From assembly GCA_021650915.1 (NCBI GenBank), contig CP091279.1, forward strand, positions 1,350,001-1,382,000: 32,000 nt of DNA, given 5' to 3'. Made by a program: the position numbers and the translations under genes. Source of the stretch: Candidatus Brocadia sp. Lineage in GTDB: Bacteria; Planctomycetota; Brocadiia; Brocadiales; Brocadiaceae. Below the pieces are notes generated by a model. It did not search any database. It saw only the letters and a program-made list of their open reading frames with translations, and was not told the origin of the DNA. Shown here piece after piece: positions 9,068 through 18,374 of this stretch; the stretch's first letter is position 1; every line of letters starts with the position of its first letter.

Positions 9068-10711
9068 TTATTTATTTCCGCTTGCCAGGTCTGCAACGAT
9101 CCATTTTTTTAAAGAGTTGGCCGTTGAGCTTGGATCTTTTCTTATATCGGTAAGGATCTTCGAGCGTAATTCTGCCTGCAATTCTTCACTGTCAATCTCT
9201 TTAGCTACTCCATGCATCTTCTCACGCTCCGCTGTATTAGTGCCTTTAGCGAGCGCTTGAAAATTATAATCACGAGTATCTGACCTCTTCGCATTTCTCA
9301 ATTTTTTCATATTTCGCATCACAAACATGAGGAAGGCCAATACGGTAATTGCAAGCGACCCATTTTTAGCCATCTTTATCATAAATTCCTTTTGTTGTTC
9401 TTTTTTCATTGCGGCCTCTTCTTGCTCATACGATGGTTCATAAAATTGCACATTCTGTATCTCAAATCCATCATTTCGATTGCCAGATTCGTCTATTCCA
9501 ATCGCCTGCTTTACCAGTGATGCAATCCGTGTCATGTCTTCTTTGTTTCTGGAAACGTATGTTTTTTCAATTTTCCCATCATCAGATTTATTCTCTTCAT
9601 AGGTACCATCGACCAGAACGGCAACAGACAATCTTTTTAAACTTGCGCCATGGTCAGCGATGATTCGTTCCGTTTTGCTTAATTCATATTGTGTCTGCGC
9701 TGTCTCTTCTTCTTCTGATGACCCTACCGATTGTATAATTCCGGATTGAGAAAGATTAAGATTTGCCTGCATTCCTGGCATCCCGCCTCCAGAAAATGGC
9801 GCACCACCAGACACACGCGTAGTTACTGTTTGAACTTTTGGCACTCGGCGTTCAGGATCATAGTCAACAAGCTTTTCATCTATATGCTTAAAATCTAGAT
9901 CCGCACTGACACGCACAACTGACTTGCCAACTCCAACAATTCGGTCTAACAAATCCTGAGCCTTGGCAACGAAATATTCCTCAATTTTCTTCTTGACCTC
10001 TAATTGATCGTTACTCGCACCAGCATTTGAAGAAGAAGATTCTTTTTGAGAAAGCAAATTTCCTCTGGTGTCTGTAATGGTTACATTTTCTGGCCTAAGT
10101 CCCTCAACACTTGAACTCACAAGGTGAGTGATACTGGAGACCTGCTCCGGCTTTAAAACACCCCCACTCTTCGTTCTCAACTTTAAAATGACAGAAGCGG
10201 TAGAAGGTTTTTCATCTTCCACAAAAAGAGAGGCTTCCGGCATAGCAAGATGCACCTGTGCCCACTCTACGTAATCAAGATGCCTAATCGTCTTTGCAAG
10301 TTCCCCCTGAATGGCTCTGCGATAATTAACTCGCTGTACAAAATCGGACGTACCAAAACCCACCTTATCAAGCAACTCATAACCCGATTCTTCTCTTGGC
10401 AGCCCTTTACTTGCAAGCTTCAATCTGATCTCATGTATCTTTTCTGTGGGAACTAGGATACTAGTTCCATTACCACTTATTTGATAATGAATGTTTTCTT
10501 CCTTAAGCACTGCTATAATTTCGCCACTCTCTTTTGGATTAAGTTCCCCATATAACAATCCTAAATCAGGCTTCCTTGCCCACTGGGTTACTCCAATGAT
10601 GCTTCCTATAAACCCAATAGTCATCATTATCATAATGAATTTGTGCGAAAAACTGATTTCATTCCAGATGTTTCCAAATTGATTCATTGTTTTTTTTAAA
10701 TCGAAATTCAT
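9068..10711 (-). CDS. fliF: Flagellar MS-ring protein FliF
   Basis: 547 aa with an N-terminal TM, FliF motifs LRLKLASKGLP and YRRAIQGELAKTI, and a second TM near the C-terminus (LAITVLAFLMFV). Confidence 0.95.
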   Translation of the reverse strand: MNFDLKKTMNQFGNIWNEISFSHKFIMIMMTIGFIGSIIGVTQWARKPDLGLLYGELNPKESGEIIAVLKEENIHYQISGNGTSILVPTEKIHEIRLKLASKGLPREESGYELLDKVGFGTSDFVQRVNYRRAIQGELAKTIRHLDYVEWAQVHLAMPEASLFVEDEKPSTASVILKLRTKSGGVLKPEQVSSITHLVSSSVEGLRPENVTITDTRGNLLSQKESSSSNAGASNDQLEVKKKIEEYFVAKAQDLLDRIVGVGKSVVRVSADLDFKHIDEKLVDYDPERRVPKVQTVTTRVSGGAPFSGGGMPGMQANLNLSQSGIIQSVGSSEEEETAQTQYELSKTERIIADHGASLKRLSVAVLVDGTYEENKSDDGKIEKTYVSRNKEDMTRIASLVKQAIGIDESGNRNDGFEIQNVQFYEPSYEQEEAAMKKEQQKEFMIKMAKNGSLAITVLAFLMFVMRNMKKLRNAKRSDTRDYNFQALAKGTNTAEREKMHGVAKEIDSEELQAELRSKILTDIRKDPSSTANSLKKWIVADLASGNK

Positions 10712-10767
10712 ACTTCATCATCTCCATTTTTGAAATAATTTTATTTTTTTGGGTGCTGAACATTTTA

Positions 10768-10783
10768 AGCAATTATAGTACCA
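10768..10783 (-). promoter_or_regulatory. Sigma54 (-24/-12) promoter candidate for fliF and the downstream genes
   Basis: The minus strand reads TGGTAC-TATAA-TTGCT. GG and GC are separated by exactly 10 nt (consensus TGGCAC-N5-TTGCW). The -12 element lies about 58 nt upstream of the fliF ATG (10711). Two sigma54 EBPs are encoded nearby. Confidence 0.6.
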
Positions 10784-10805
10784 AGAAAAACTATTGAATC
10801 ATTCA

Positions 10806-10821
10806 TGGCAAAATGTTTGCA
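10806..10821 (+). promoter_or_regulatory. Sigma54 (-24/-12) promoter candidate facing away from fliF
   Basis: The plus strand reads TGGCAA-AATGT-TTGCA with correct GG-N10-GC spacing. It lies 22 bp from, and divergent to, the fliF candidate. The predicted start near 10832 is about 26 nt before the 58-codon ORF at 10859. Confidence 0.5.
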
Positions 10822-10858
10822 ACTATTAATGTTAATATGAGTTACGAATTGATTATCT

Positions 10859-11035
10859 ATGATATTTTTAATACCGATTCCCATGAATAACTCTAAAAGT
10901 ACAGAATTCCAATATAATACCCAATTCACTGTATATTATTTTAACGATTGTATTAGATACAGAGTTGTTGATTATCACGAAAACGCAGGAAGATTCGTAT
11001 ACAACTGGGATAGCAAAAAGAATTGGTTTGACTAA
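10859..11035 (+). CDS. Unannotated small ORF (58 aa) in the fliE-fliF spacer; hypothetical
   Basis: Hand translation: MIFLIPIPMNNSKSTEFQYNTQFTVYYFNDCIRYRVVDYHENAGRFVYNWDSKKNWFD, followed by TAA at 11033-11035. It falls below the 60-aa track cutoff. The composition is non-repetitive and aromatic-rich, and the ORF lies downstream of the plus-strand sigma54 motif. No clear Shine-Dalgarno; an alternative Met is at 10883. Confidence 0.3.
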   Translation: MIFLIPIPMNNSKSTEFQYNTQFTVYYFNDCIRYRVVDYHENAGRFVYNWDSKKNWFD

Positions 11036-11111
11036 TTGAAAGGAAGTTTATAGATCAAATGGCCAGATAAGAACGACTGGGGGTAGAAGCTGTTATCGAA
11101 CTGAGGTAACG

Positions 11112-11414
11112 TTAAATCTGCATACGCATGACTTCTTTGTAGGTTTCCACAAGTTTATTGCGTGCCTCCATCATAAATTTAAAACTGACTTCTGCTTTTG
11201 CCATGGCAATCATAACTTCATGAACATTTTTAACCTTTTCAGTTGCGAGATCTTCAATACTTTCATTCGCTTTTAACTGAAGATCATTTACCTCGTCAAG
11301 GAAACTACTTAATGTTTTTTTAAATGACTCCCCTTGCTCTTGTTCCTGTACGGAGTTCACAATCTCTTTGTTTATTGGATTTGCTTCTTTGCCTTTTATA
11401 TGCATAATATCCAT
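11112..11414 (-). CDS. fliE: Flagellar hook-basal body protein FliE
   Basis: 100 aa with the C-terminal FliE signature VHEVMIAMAKAEVSFKFMMEARNKLVETYKEVMRMQI. Follows flgC. Confidence 0.9.
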   Translation of the reverse strand: MDIMHIKGKEANPINKEIVNSVQEQEQGESFKKTLSSFLDEVNDLQLKANESIEDLATEKVKNVHEVMIAMAKAEVSFKFMMEARNKLVETYKEVMRMQI

Positions 11415-11426
11415 CGATCTCCCCCC

Positions 11427-11870
11427 CTATTTCCCAATAATTGATAAAGCTCGGCTGCTCATATCCTTTGTAGAATTTATCACCGCAAGGTTTGCCTCAT
11501 ATGATCTTGTTGCAGTAACAAGATCCACCATCTCCATCATAACACTTACATTCGGCATATCCACAAAACCCTTTGCATCAGCTTTCGGATGTCCCGGAAT
11601 ATATATTCTGTTAAACGGTTCATTACTTTTGACAATTCTTTGAACTTTAACACCCCCAAGCCTCTCCGTACCTTTGATGTTATTATTCCTCATTGTTTTG
11701 TTAAGGACTGAAGAAAACTCAACTTGTTCTCTCCGATATGGCCCACCTTCCAGCGTCTCTGTAGCATTCGCATTTGCAATGTTATTGGCAATTACGTTCA
11801 TCCTGATTCTTTCAGCAGATAGTCCGGAACTACTAATGTCAAATACTGAGAACATGTTCTCCATACCCAT
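11427..11870 (-). CDS. flgC: Flagellar basal-body rod protein FlgC
   Basis: 147 aa with the N-terminal rod motif RMNVIANNIANANATET and the C-terminal motif ATRSYEANLAVI. Confidence 0.95.
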   Translation of the reverse strand: MGMENMFSVFDISSSGLSAERIRMNVIANNIANANATETLEGGPYRREQVEFSSVLNKTMRNNNIKGTERLGGVKVQRIVKSNEPFNRIYIPGHPKADAKGFVDMPNVSVMMEMVDLVTATRSYEANLAVINSTKDMSSRALSIIGK

Positions 11871-11882
11871 TTTATTACTCCT

Positions 11883-12260
11883 TTAAACCCTTGAATTCTC
11901 TATTGCGGATTTTACTAGTTCCATCTTCTTTGCAAGTAACTGTGAATATATATTATAAGAGAGTGTATTTTTCATCAAAGATGAAATCTCTTTATCCACG
12001 TCAACATTATTGCCATCATTTCGAACAGTTTCATTTTTTTCTTTTTCTGCAATAACAATTTTTGGCTGAAAGGTATCAAATTTGTCCACAGAGGTGTCTC
12101 TTAATACTTTTTCAAGCTGATCTGAAAAACTAACCTCCATCTTTTTGTATCCGGGGGTATTAATATTTGCAATATTGTTTGCAATAACCTTGTGTTTGAT
12201 TGCAGAAACATCTAACATCTTCCCCAGCAAGCTAATGCTTTTATCTACATCTGTAATCAT
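11883..12260 (-). CDS. flgB: Flagellar basal-body rod protein FlgB
   Basis: 125 aa with HKVIANNIANINTPGYKK and a C-terminal NTLSYNIYSQLL. AGGAG lies upstream of the ATG. Confidence 0.95.
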   Translation of the reverse strand: MITDVDKSISLLGKMLDVSAIKHKVIANNIANINTPGYKKMEVSFSDQLEKVLRDTSVDKFDTFQPKIVIAEKEKNETVRNDGNNVDVDKEISSLMKNTLSYNIYSQLLAKKMELVKSAIENSRV

Positions 12261-12385
12261 ATAAATCTCCTTAGCAAATCAAAAGCCATCTATTTAAGGT
12301 TAATTTCAAATTGAATTGTTGCTGCTAAACACCGGCAATATACTGGGTTATTGCTATACATAATAATAAATGCCATGGAAAACAT

Positions 12386-13780
12386 TCATTTCTCACAGGA
12401 AATTGTTTCTCGCTGATATAAAGACTTGTCTGCTGCATCATATTTGTTAAGTTTATTGCGCAATGTCCTTGTTGTAATTTTAAGTAACTCAGCAGCCCGA
12501 GTTTTATTCCCACCCGTTTTTTCCAATGTACTGTAAATTAAATCTCTTTCAACATCCTCAATTGCTTTTCCATCAGTCCATATGTCTTCTAACCTCTTTG
12601 TATCCTGATGGATACAAAGATCGCTAAACTGCTCTAATTGAAGTCCATCGGAAGAATTCATAACCACAGCTCTTTGAATAACATTTTTTAATTCTCTTAC
12701 ATTTCCTGGCCAATTGTATTGACACAAATAATCCATGGTTGCCGTATCTATAGACTTAACAATTGTGCTATTTTCAAGGCTATATTTTTTAAGATAGTGG
12801 TTTACCAGCAAGGGTATATCCTCTCGTCTTTCTCGTAAGGGCGGCAAATAGATGGGAACAACATTCAGTCTATAGTAGAGGTCTTCACGAAATGCACCTT
12901 TACGAATCTCTTCTAGTAAGTTTCTGTTTGTAGTTGCAACAATCCTTACATCAACCTTTATCGTTTTTTCACCACCCACTCGCTCAAACTCTTCTTCCTC
13001 AAGGACTCTTAGTAATTTAGCTTGTATATTTGGCGATATTTCGCTGATCTCATCAAGCAACAGTGTGCCGTCATTTGCTAGCTCAAAGCGTCCCATGTGC
13101 TTTGAAATTGCTCCAGTATAGGCACCACGTTCATGCCCAAATAGTTCGCTTTCAAGGAGTGTTTCGGTCAAAGCTGCACAATTAACCCGAATGAAAGGCT
13201 TTTCATATCGGTTGCTATGAAAATGTATTGCGCGCGCAACAAGTTCTTTCCCAGTACCGCTTTCCCCTTGAACAAGAACACTTGCCTTGCTTTGCGCAAT
13301 CCTATTAATCTGTTCGTATATTTGGAGCATCTTAGAATTTGTAGAAAATACTGGGTTCATTTTTTCATCGACGTTAGCATTAGACCTCCAATATCTATTT
13401 TCCATAATCAACTTTTGCCGTTCGTTAACCCTCGCAATTACAAGCTCTACTTGGTCAGGTGAAAATGGTTTGATTATATAATCATATGCGCCTTTTTTCA
13501 TTGCTTCAACTGCAGTCTCTATTGTTCCATAAGCTGTCATAAGAACGACGACTGTTTCGGGAGAAATGGTTTTTATTCTTTCAAGAACCTCCATACCACA
13601 CATTCCCGGCATCTTCATATCCAAAAAAACGAGATCACATCCATTTTTACTAAAACTGGCAAGCGCTTGTAGTCCATCACTTGCCAATGCTACTTCGTAG
13701 CCATTTCTTGTCACGGTCTCTGCTAAATACTCGCGACCCAAAAGATCATCATCTATCACCAATACTTTTTCTATACTCAT
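12386..13780 (-). CDS. Sigma54-dependent response regulator (REC + AAA+ + Fis-type HTH), FlrC/FleR-like
   Basis: 464 aa. REC domain (VLVIDDD ... DLVFLDMKMPGMCG), Walker A GESGTGKE, GAFTGA-variant loop ERGAYTGA, and a C-terminal HTH (NKTRAAELLKITTRTLRNKLNKY). Directly downstream of a histidine kinase and upstream of flgB. Confidence 0.9.
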   Translation of the reverse strand: MSIEKVLVIDDDLLGREYLAETVTRNGYEVALASDGLQALASFSKNGCDLVFLDMKMPGMCGMEVLERIKTISPETVVVLMTAYGTIETAVEAMKKGAYDYIIKPFSPDQVELVIARVNERQKLIMENRYWRSNANVDEKMNPVFSTNSKMLQIYEQINRIAQSKASVLVQGESGTGKELVARAIHFHSNRYEKPFIRVNCAALTETLLESELFGHERGAYTGAISKHMGRFELANDGTLLLDEISEISPNIQAKLLRVLEEEEFERVGGEKTIKVDVRIVATTNRNLLEEIRKGAFREDLYYRLNVVPIYLPPLRERREDIPLLVNHYLKKYSLENSTIVKSIDTATMDYLCQYNWPGNVRELKNVIQRAVVMNSSDGLQLEQFSDLCIHQDTKRLEDIWTDGKAIEDVERDLIYSTLEKTGGNKTRAAELLKITTRTLRNKLNKYDAADKSLYQRETISCEK

Positions 13781-13809
13781 TTTTATTCCTCTTCAACAGG
13801 ACAATATCG

Positions 13810-15132
13810 TTATAAATACTGTGATACTAAATATTCATTATTCTCCCAGGTACTACCAAAGGTATCTATTTCATAAGCACTTTTTGTCGGTAAATGAACA
13901 TAAAATGTTGTCCCGATGTTCTCTTGGCTTTCAACTGAAATCTTGCCGTTGTGGGCATCAACAATCTTACTCACAATTGCCAAACCCAAACCGGTTCCTT
14001 CTTGTTTAGTTGTAAAAAAGGGGTCAAATATTTTATGAATGACTTCTTTTTTTATACCAATCCCCGTATCCCTTATTCCGACTTGAACACCTTCAAATCC
14101 ATCGACCTCATACGAACGTGTAAATACACTCAAACTACCCCCATGAGGCATAGATTGGAGTGCATTTAAGCAAAGATTTAAAAAAGCCTGTTGTAATTTT
14201 TCAGGATCACACGTTAAACCATCCACATTACAACTGTATTCTTTTCGAATATTGATATTCTGCACACTCTTTTGTTTTATATCCTCCGCCACAAAGAAAA
14301 GCGTTTTGTTCAATATCTCGGAAATTTTACTGTTTTTTAAATTCATTCTAAGCGGACGGGCAAAAACGAGCAGCTCCGTTATTGTCTTATTTAAATTCTT
14401 TGTACCCTGTATGATATTGTTTACTAGTTTTTTTCTTGGGTCTGAATCATCAAAATCTCGCGAAAGCAAAGCGGAAAATCCCTCTATTCCATTAAGAGGA
14501 TTTCGGATTTCATGGGCAACAGATGCCGCCATGGCACCAATCGCGGCTAATTTATCCGCATTTCTCAGTCGCTTCTCTAGTTCCCGAATTTCAGACAAAT
14601 CTCTAAATATCTCTACAGCACCTACCGTATTTTCATTTGCATCTTTAATTAATGACACACTACTTTCGATCAATTTTGTGACTCCTTGACTTGTCACTAT
14701 CTTCCGTTCGACATCGATACAGTCCTTTTTTTTCTCAAGAGCCACTTGCAATAACGAAGTACTCCCATCACTATTTTTAAAGATCTCCTCAACTTTTTTT
14801 CCCACAAAATCTAACTTAGGCAATTTTAATATTTTTTCAGTTGCTGTATTAACAGTCGACACTTTTCCTTCCATATTTACCGCTATAACCCCACTATGAA
14901 TACTGCTTAAGAGATTGTTCAAATATTTTGTTAAACTATCAAGCTCTTGTACTTTGTCCTTTAAGCGTGCATTTGCCAACGCCATTTCCCTATCAATCTC
15001 TTTAACCCTTCTTTGAAGTTGATTATAAGATTCTTCCAGGCGCTGTGTATACTGATTAAATAAGTGGAATGCTGTGGCAAGTTCGGTATCGCACTTCAGT
15101 GCCATTGGATTTAAAGATGTGGTTTCCGTCAT
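13810..15132 (-). CDS. Cytoplasmic PAS sensor histidine kinase, FlrB/FleS-like
   Basis: 440 aa with an N-terminal coiled coil, a PAS-like segment, H-box SVAHEIRNPLNGI, G1 DTGIGI and G2 GTGLGLAIV. No TM segment seen. Confidence 0.9.
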   Translation of the reverse strand: MTETTSLNPMALKCDTELATAFHLFNQYTQRLEESYNQLQRRVKEIDREMALANARLKDKVQELDSLTKYLNNLLSSIHSGVIAVNMEGKVSTVNTATEKILKLPKLDFVGKKVEEIFKNSDGSTSLLQVALEKKKDCIDVERKIVTSQGVTKLIESSVSLIKDANENTVGAVEIFRDLSEIRELEKRLRNADKLAAIGAMAASVAHEIRNPLNGIEGFSALLSRDFDDSDPRKKLVNNIIQGTKNLNKTITELLVFARPLRMNLKNSKISEILNKTLFFVAEDIKQKSVQNINIRKEYSCNVDGLTCDPEKLQQAFLNLCLNALQSMPHGGSLSVFTRSYEVDGFEGVQVGIRDTGIGIKKEVIHKIFDPFFTTKQEGTGLGLAIVSKIVDAHNGKISVESQENIGTTFYVHLPTKSAYEIDTFGSTWENNEYLVSQYL

Positions 15133-15147
15133 TTTGGGCTGTCTCTT

Positions 15148-16068
15148 TTATTCTGATTTGTGAATTTTTGATATCTCTAAATTACGACGATTGTTTACTG
15201 CATTCTTCTCACACCAGGATTTCCACCAATTTACATCGTCAATATACCATTCTGCCGATTCTATTAGATCACCAGTTGGATACTGGTTAACAAAGCGCTG
15301 GTACTCACTAAGGGCAAGATCAAATTCTCTCATGTTTCTATAACAATTTGCTATCTGATACTGTGTCCATCTATATTGGTCTAATGAAACATCCGACGAA
15401 GTAATTAACTTATATGTCTGCAATGCGTCATTGTACTCACCTAATTTATAAAAACATTCCGCAACATCTAGTAATTTCCCATTGCCAACTACCTTTGACA
15501 ACCGGTAGCTTAAATTTTCACTTATACCCTTCTCTAGCTTTTCATCTTTAGTAACGCGCGGTTTATCAGACGAACTACCAACACTTGAAATTGTATTTTT
15601 CATTGGATACTTTTTTTCCGATTTCTCAACAGATATTACTTTATCGTTACTAAAGGAAGCGGAACTTGATTCGCTCCCCTTACTCACACTCAAATCAGCA
15701 TTTTTTGCATCAACACCTCCCAGCAACTCTTTTTCTAATTTGCTATACTCATTCTCTAATTCGTTAAGCTTCCTTTTTTCCGCACTAAGAATTGATGTTA
15801 TCCCTTCTATATTTTGCTCAGTTTCTGGTTTGAACATGTAATCCACTGATTCCTGATTTGCGATGGTTGTCTTTTCCTTCTCTAATTTAACTGGTCTTAG
15901 TAAGAGCCTTTCAATATCGTTACTCATCTCTGGTTTGGCAAGTACTTTCTTTGATTCTAATGAAAGGGGTTTGACTATTTTATGCGTATCGATATGATCA
16001 TCGCCAATCAGGGAAGGCACATACGATAGGATAATCCAAATACACATGAACCATTTTTTTGTTAACAT
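15148..16068 (-). CDS. Secreted coiled-coil + C-terminal TPR protein (CpoB/YbgF-like architecture)
   Basis: 306 aa with a signal/anchor N-terminus (MLTKKWFMCIWIILSYVPSLIG), a coiled coil (EKRKLNELENEYSKLEKELL), a Ser-rich linker and TPR-like repeats (AECFYKLGEYNDALQTYKLI; QIANCYRNMREFDLALSEYQRFVNQYP). Its stop is 15 nt before the kinase start. Confidence 0.7.
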   Translation of the reverse strand: MLTKKWFMCIWIILSYVPSLIGDDHIDTHKIVKPLSLESKKVLAKPEMSNDIERLLLRPVKLEKEKTTIANQESVDYMFKPETEQNIEGITSILSAEKRKLNELENEYSKLEKELLGGVDAKNADLSVSKGSESSSASFSNDKVISVEKSEKKYPMKNTISSVGSSSDKPRVTKDEKLEKGISENLSYRLSKVVGNGKLLDVAECFYKLGEYNDALQTYKLITSSDVSLDQYRWTQYQIANCYRNMREFDLALSEYQRFVNQYPTGDLIESAEWYIDDVNWWKSWCEKNAVNNRRNLEISKIHKSE

Positions 16069-16129
16069 AAATCACCCTTATTCGCATTGAAATTACTATT
16101 TTAAACATGATTTCTTATAATTATGAACT

Positions 16130-16145
16130 AGCAATAATGATGCCA
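16130..16145 (-). promoter_or_regulatory. Sigma54 (-24/-12) promoter candidate for the TPR - histidine kinase - EBP unit
   Basis: The minus strand reads TGGCAT-CATTA-TTGCT with GG-N10-GC spacing. The -12 element lies about 62 nt upstream of the ATG at 16068, inside a 400-bp AT-rich spacer. Confidence 0.6.
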
Positions 16146-16470
16146 TCATGACAATGATATTAGCGGATCGATAAATCTGGGTATTTTATAGGAAGAAACA
16201 AAATGTCTTAACTAATAACAATATGGAGATTTGAATGGTATTGCTTTGATGGAATAAGAAAAGAAGATTGTCGTGTAATTTGGCGAGGTTTTCAGAGGAA
16301 TAAAGTTATCATGGTTAACTTTATTAATAAAAAAATTAGGCATTTTATTGGATTTTCAGTTGAAAATTCAAACGTAAGTGGACGAGAATAGAGAGGAAAT
16401 GTTCATAGCAAATTACTAAAGTGATATGCCTGTTCGAATGGTTTTGTCTCCTGGTAATAATTTATTCTAT

Positions 16471-18309
16471 CTACATATGCTGCAAGTTACTCGTGGCAAA
16501 ACCCAGGGAGTCATCTCTACGCAAGTTCAGCTGATTTGCATTTTCATCATTATCCAAACTTTGTCTATATGCTTTTATTGCATCTTCTAACTTTCCCAAG
16601 TGTTTATAACACTCTCCTATACGATTAAATACATAGCGTTTTATCTGACCATCATTAACCATTTTCAGCAATCCGTAATAATTATTGATCGCTTCTTCAT
16701 ACTTTTTATCATGAAAAAGCGAATCCGCTATTCCAAGCATGCCTTCAAATGCAAACTCATCATTAGGATACTCTTTTACAAAGGCACCAAATGCATTGTA
16801 TGCCAGCCAATAATCTTCCTTATCAAAATAACATTTCCCTATCTCTAATGCCATTTTAGCTGCGTAAACATCTGCAGAATATGATTGTATTCCATCATAA
16901 AACACTTTTATTGCAGACTTAGCCATATTCATTGCCATAAGGCATTTCCCCATATAGTACATTCCATAAGGTATTTTATTGCTCTTTGGATAATCCTCAA
17001 TTGTTTTTCTAAATATTTGAAACGCACCTATATAATTATTCTGTCGGTATAAGCATTCTCCAAGCAAAAAACCTGCATCTTCCGCAAATTCTAAGCCCTG
17101 ACCACTTGCCAAATAATTTGCCATTACATTACCAGCATCCTGATATTCATTTAATAAATACAGGCAATTGCCAATATAATACTCAATTGCCAGTCTTGTT
17201 TGCTCCGAAAAATGTTTCCACCTCACCTTCAAGAACAACGGTATTGCAGCCCTATAATCACCCATCTGCATACAAGTTTTTGCCATTCTGAATTGCGCAT
17301 CGACAGCAGTACCAGATTCATTTTCGGCATGTTCACGAATAATCTTGCTGTAGATATCTATAGCTTTGTGGTAGAAACCTTGCTCTGCCAATGAGTCACC
17401 AATTGATAGAAACGCTTCACTGGCCAAAGGATCTTTTGGATAACTACACAAAAATTGGAAGTAGGCTCGTCGTGCACTTTCTGAATCTTTCAGCTTGTCA
17501 TAGCACCGGCCTATTTTGAAGAGCGCATCCTTTGCTTCTTGACTGCCTCTATATTTTCCCACAACAATCTGATATTCCTGCAATGCAAGAAAATAAAAAC
17601 CGAGTTCATAATAATAATTCCCCAATTCAAAATATGCCTTTACGATCCTCCGGTCGTTTGGATATTTTATCTGTGCTTTTTGATATAATTGAATGCTCTT
17701 ATCTCTATAATACTCAAAAGGTGTATCAAGCATGAGTTTCGCCATAGATGTAACAAATATAGCATCCTCATCTTGAATGAATTCCAAGCCTTGTAATCCC
17801 AACAAAACCTCTATTATGTCTTGCAAAGGACTTTTTTTAATTGAAATATTTACGTAAGATGCTAAATGGGTAGGATCTAACTCGTCATCAACAAGAATAC
17901 TTTTACCAAAACTTGCAGACAACGCTTGTAATACGTCTATTATTTTTACTTGAGCTGCGTCAATTGAGTATACAGGAACATCATACTCGCCTATTTCTTT
18001 TGTAATCACAATATTCTCATTTGGGGTTATTACAATCGAGGAGCTATTGCCTCCACTACCATTCGTTGGTTTATGGGTTTGAAAGCCCGTTCTTTGCCCA
18101 AGTTTTTCATCTTCATCATTTGTCTTAAGTATTTGTAATTGGGTCCTCAGTTTTTCCAAATTATGCTTTTCAATAGCTAGTTTCTCTTGCATATTATACA
18201 AACTGTTTTCAACTTGTTCTCCTTGTACATAAGTAAAACTTTGTATCATCAAAACAACATACAAAAACAAAGGTACCTCAAACAATAATCTTCTCTTCAT
18301 TTGCCTCAT
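16471..18309 (-). CDS. Secreted multi-TPR protein with an N-terminal STN/secretin-N-like module
   Basis: 612 aa with a signal peptide (LFLYVVLMIQSFTYVQG), a short coiled coil and a segment resembling STN domains (IDAAQVKIIDVLQALSASFGKSILVDD...SPLQDIIEVLLGLQGLEFIQDEDAIFVTS). About 9 TPR/YbgF-type repeats follow. Confidence 0.7.
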   Translation of the reverse strand: MRQMKRRLLFEVPLFLYVVLMIQSFTYVQGEQVENSLYNMQEKLAIEKHNLEKLRTQLQILKTNDEDEKLGQRTGFQTHKPTNGSGGNSSSIVITPNENIVITKEIGEYDVPVYSIDAAQVKIIDVLQALSASFGKSILVDDELDPTHLASYVNISIKKSPLQDIIEVLLGLQGLEFIQDEDAIFVTSMAKLMLDTPFEYYRDKSIQLYQKAQIKYPNDRRIVKAYFELGNYYYELGFYFLALQEYQIVVGKYRGSQEAKDALFKIGRCYDKLKDSESARRAYFQFLCSYPKDPLASEAFLSIGDSLAEQGFYHKAIDIYSKIIREHAENESGTAVDAQFRMAKTCMQMGDYRAAIPLFLKVRWKHFSEQTRLAIEYYIGNCLYLLNEYQDAGNVMANYLASGQGLEFAEDAGFLLGECLYRQNNYIGAFQIFRKTIEDYPKSNKIPYGMYYMGKCLMAMNMAKSAIKVFYDGIQSYSADVYAAKMALEIGKCYFDKEDYWLAYNAFGAFVKEYPNDEFAFEGMLGIADSLFHDKKYEEAINNYYGLLKMVNDGQIKRYVFNRIGECYKHLGKLEDAIKAYRQSLDNDENANQLNLRRDDSLGFATSNLQHM

Positions 18310-18374
18310 AAATACAATACAAATTCGAGTTTTAAGATGTATTTAGATTAAAATCCTTATTTTGATAGAAACAC

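Noticed and set aside
227-10682. Many plus-strand track ORFs inside the flagellar genes (for example 227-460, 1795-2058, 2305-2583, 2603-2935, 3203-3718, 4048-4449, 5056-5556, 6598-7008, 7619-7960, 8005-8403, 8842-9153 and 10491-10682)
   Set aside because: They are antisense shadows of confidently assigned minus-strand genes. Their sequences are low-complexity and Ser/Phe/Ile-rich, typical of the reverse frames of AT-rich coding DNA. They have no motifs and no room for promoters.
12273-12288. Strong sigma54-like motif TGGCTT-N5-TTGCT on the minus strand just upstream of flgB
   Set aside because: The -12 element lies only ~13 nt from the flgB ATG (12260). The predicted start would therefore fall at or after the AGGAG ribosome-binding site and give a leaderless transcript. 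It is probably fortuitous or non-productive. The call is worth revisiting if TSS data exist.
12325-12513. 62-aa minus-strand ORF overlapping the 3' end of the sigma54 EBP gene and the flgB upstream spacer
   Set aside because: It is an alternative frame of the EBP C-terminus with no independent support.
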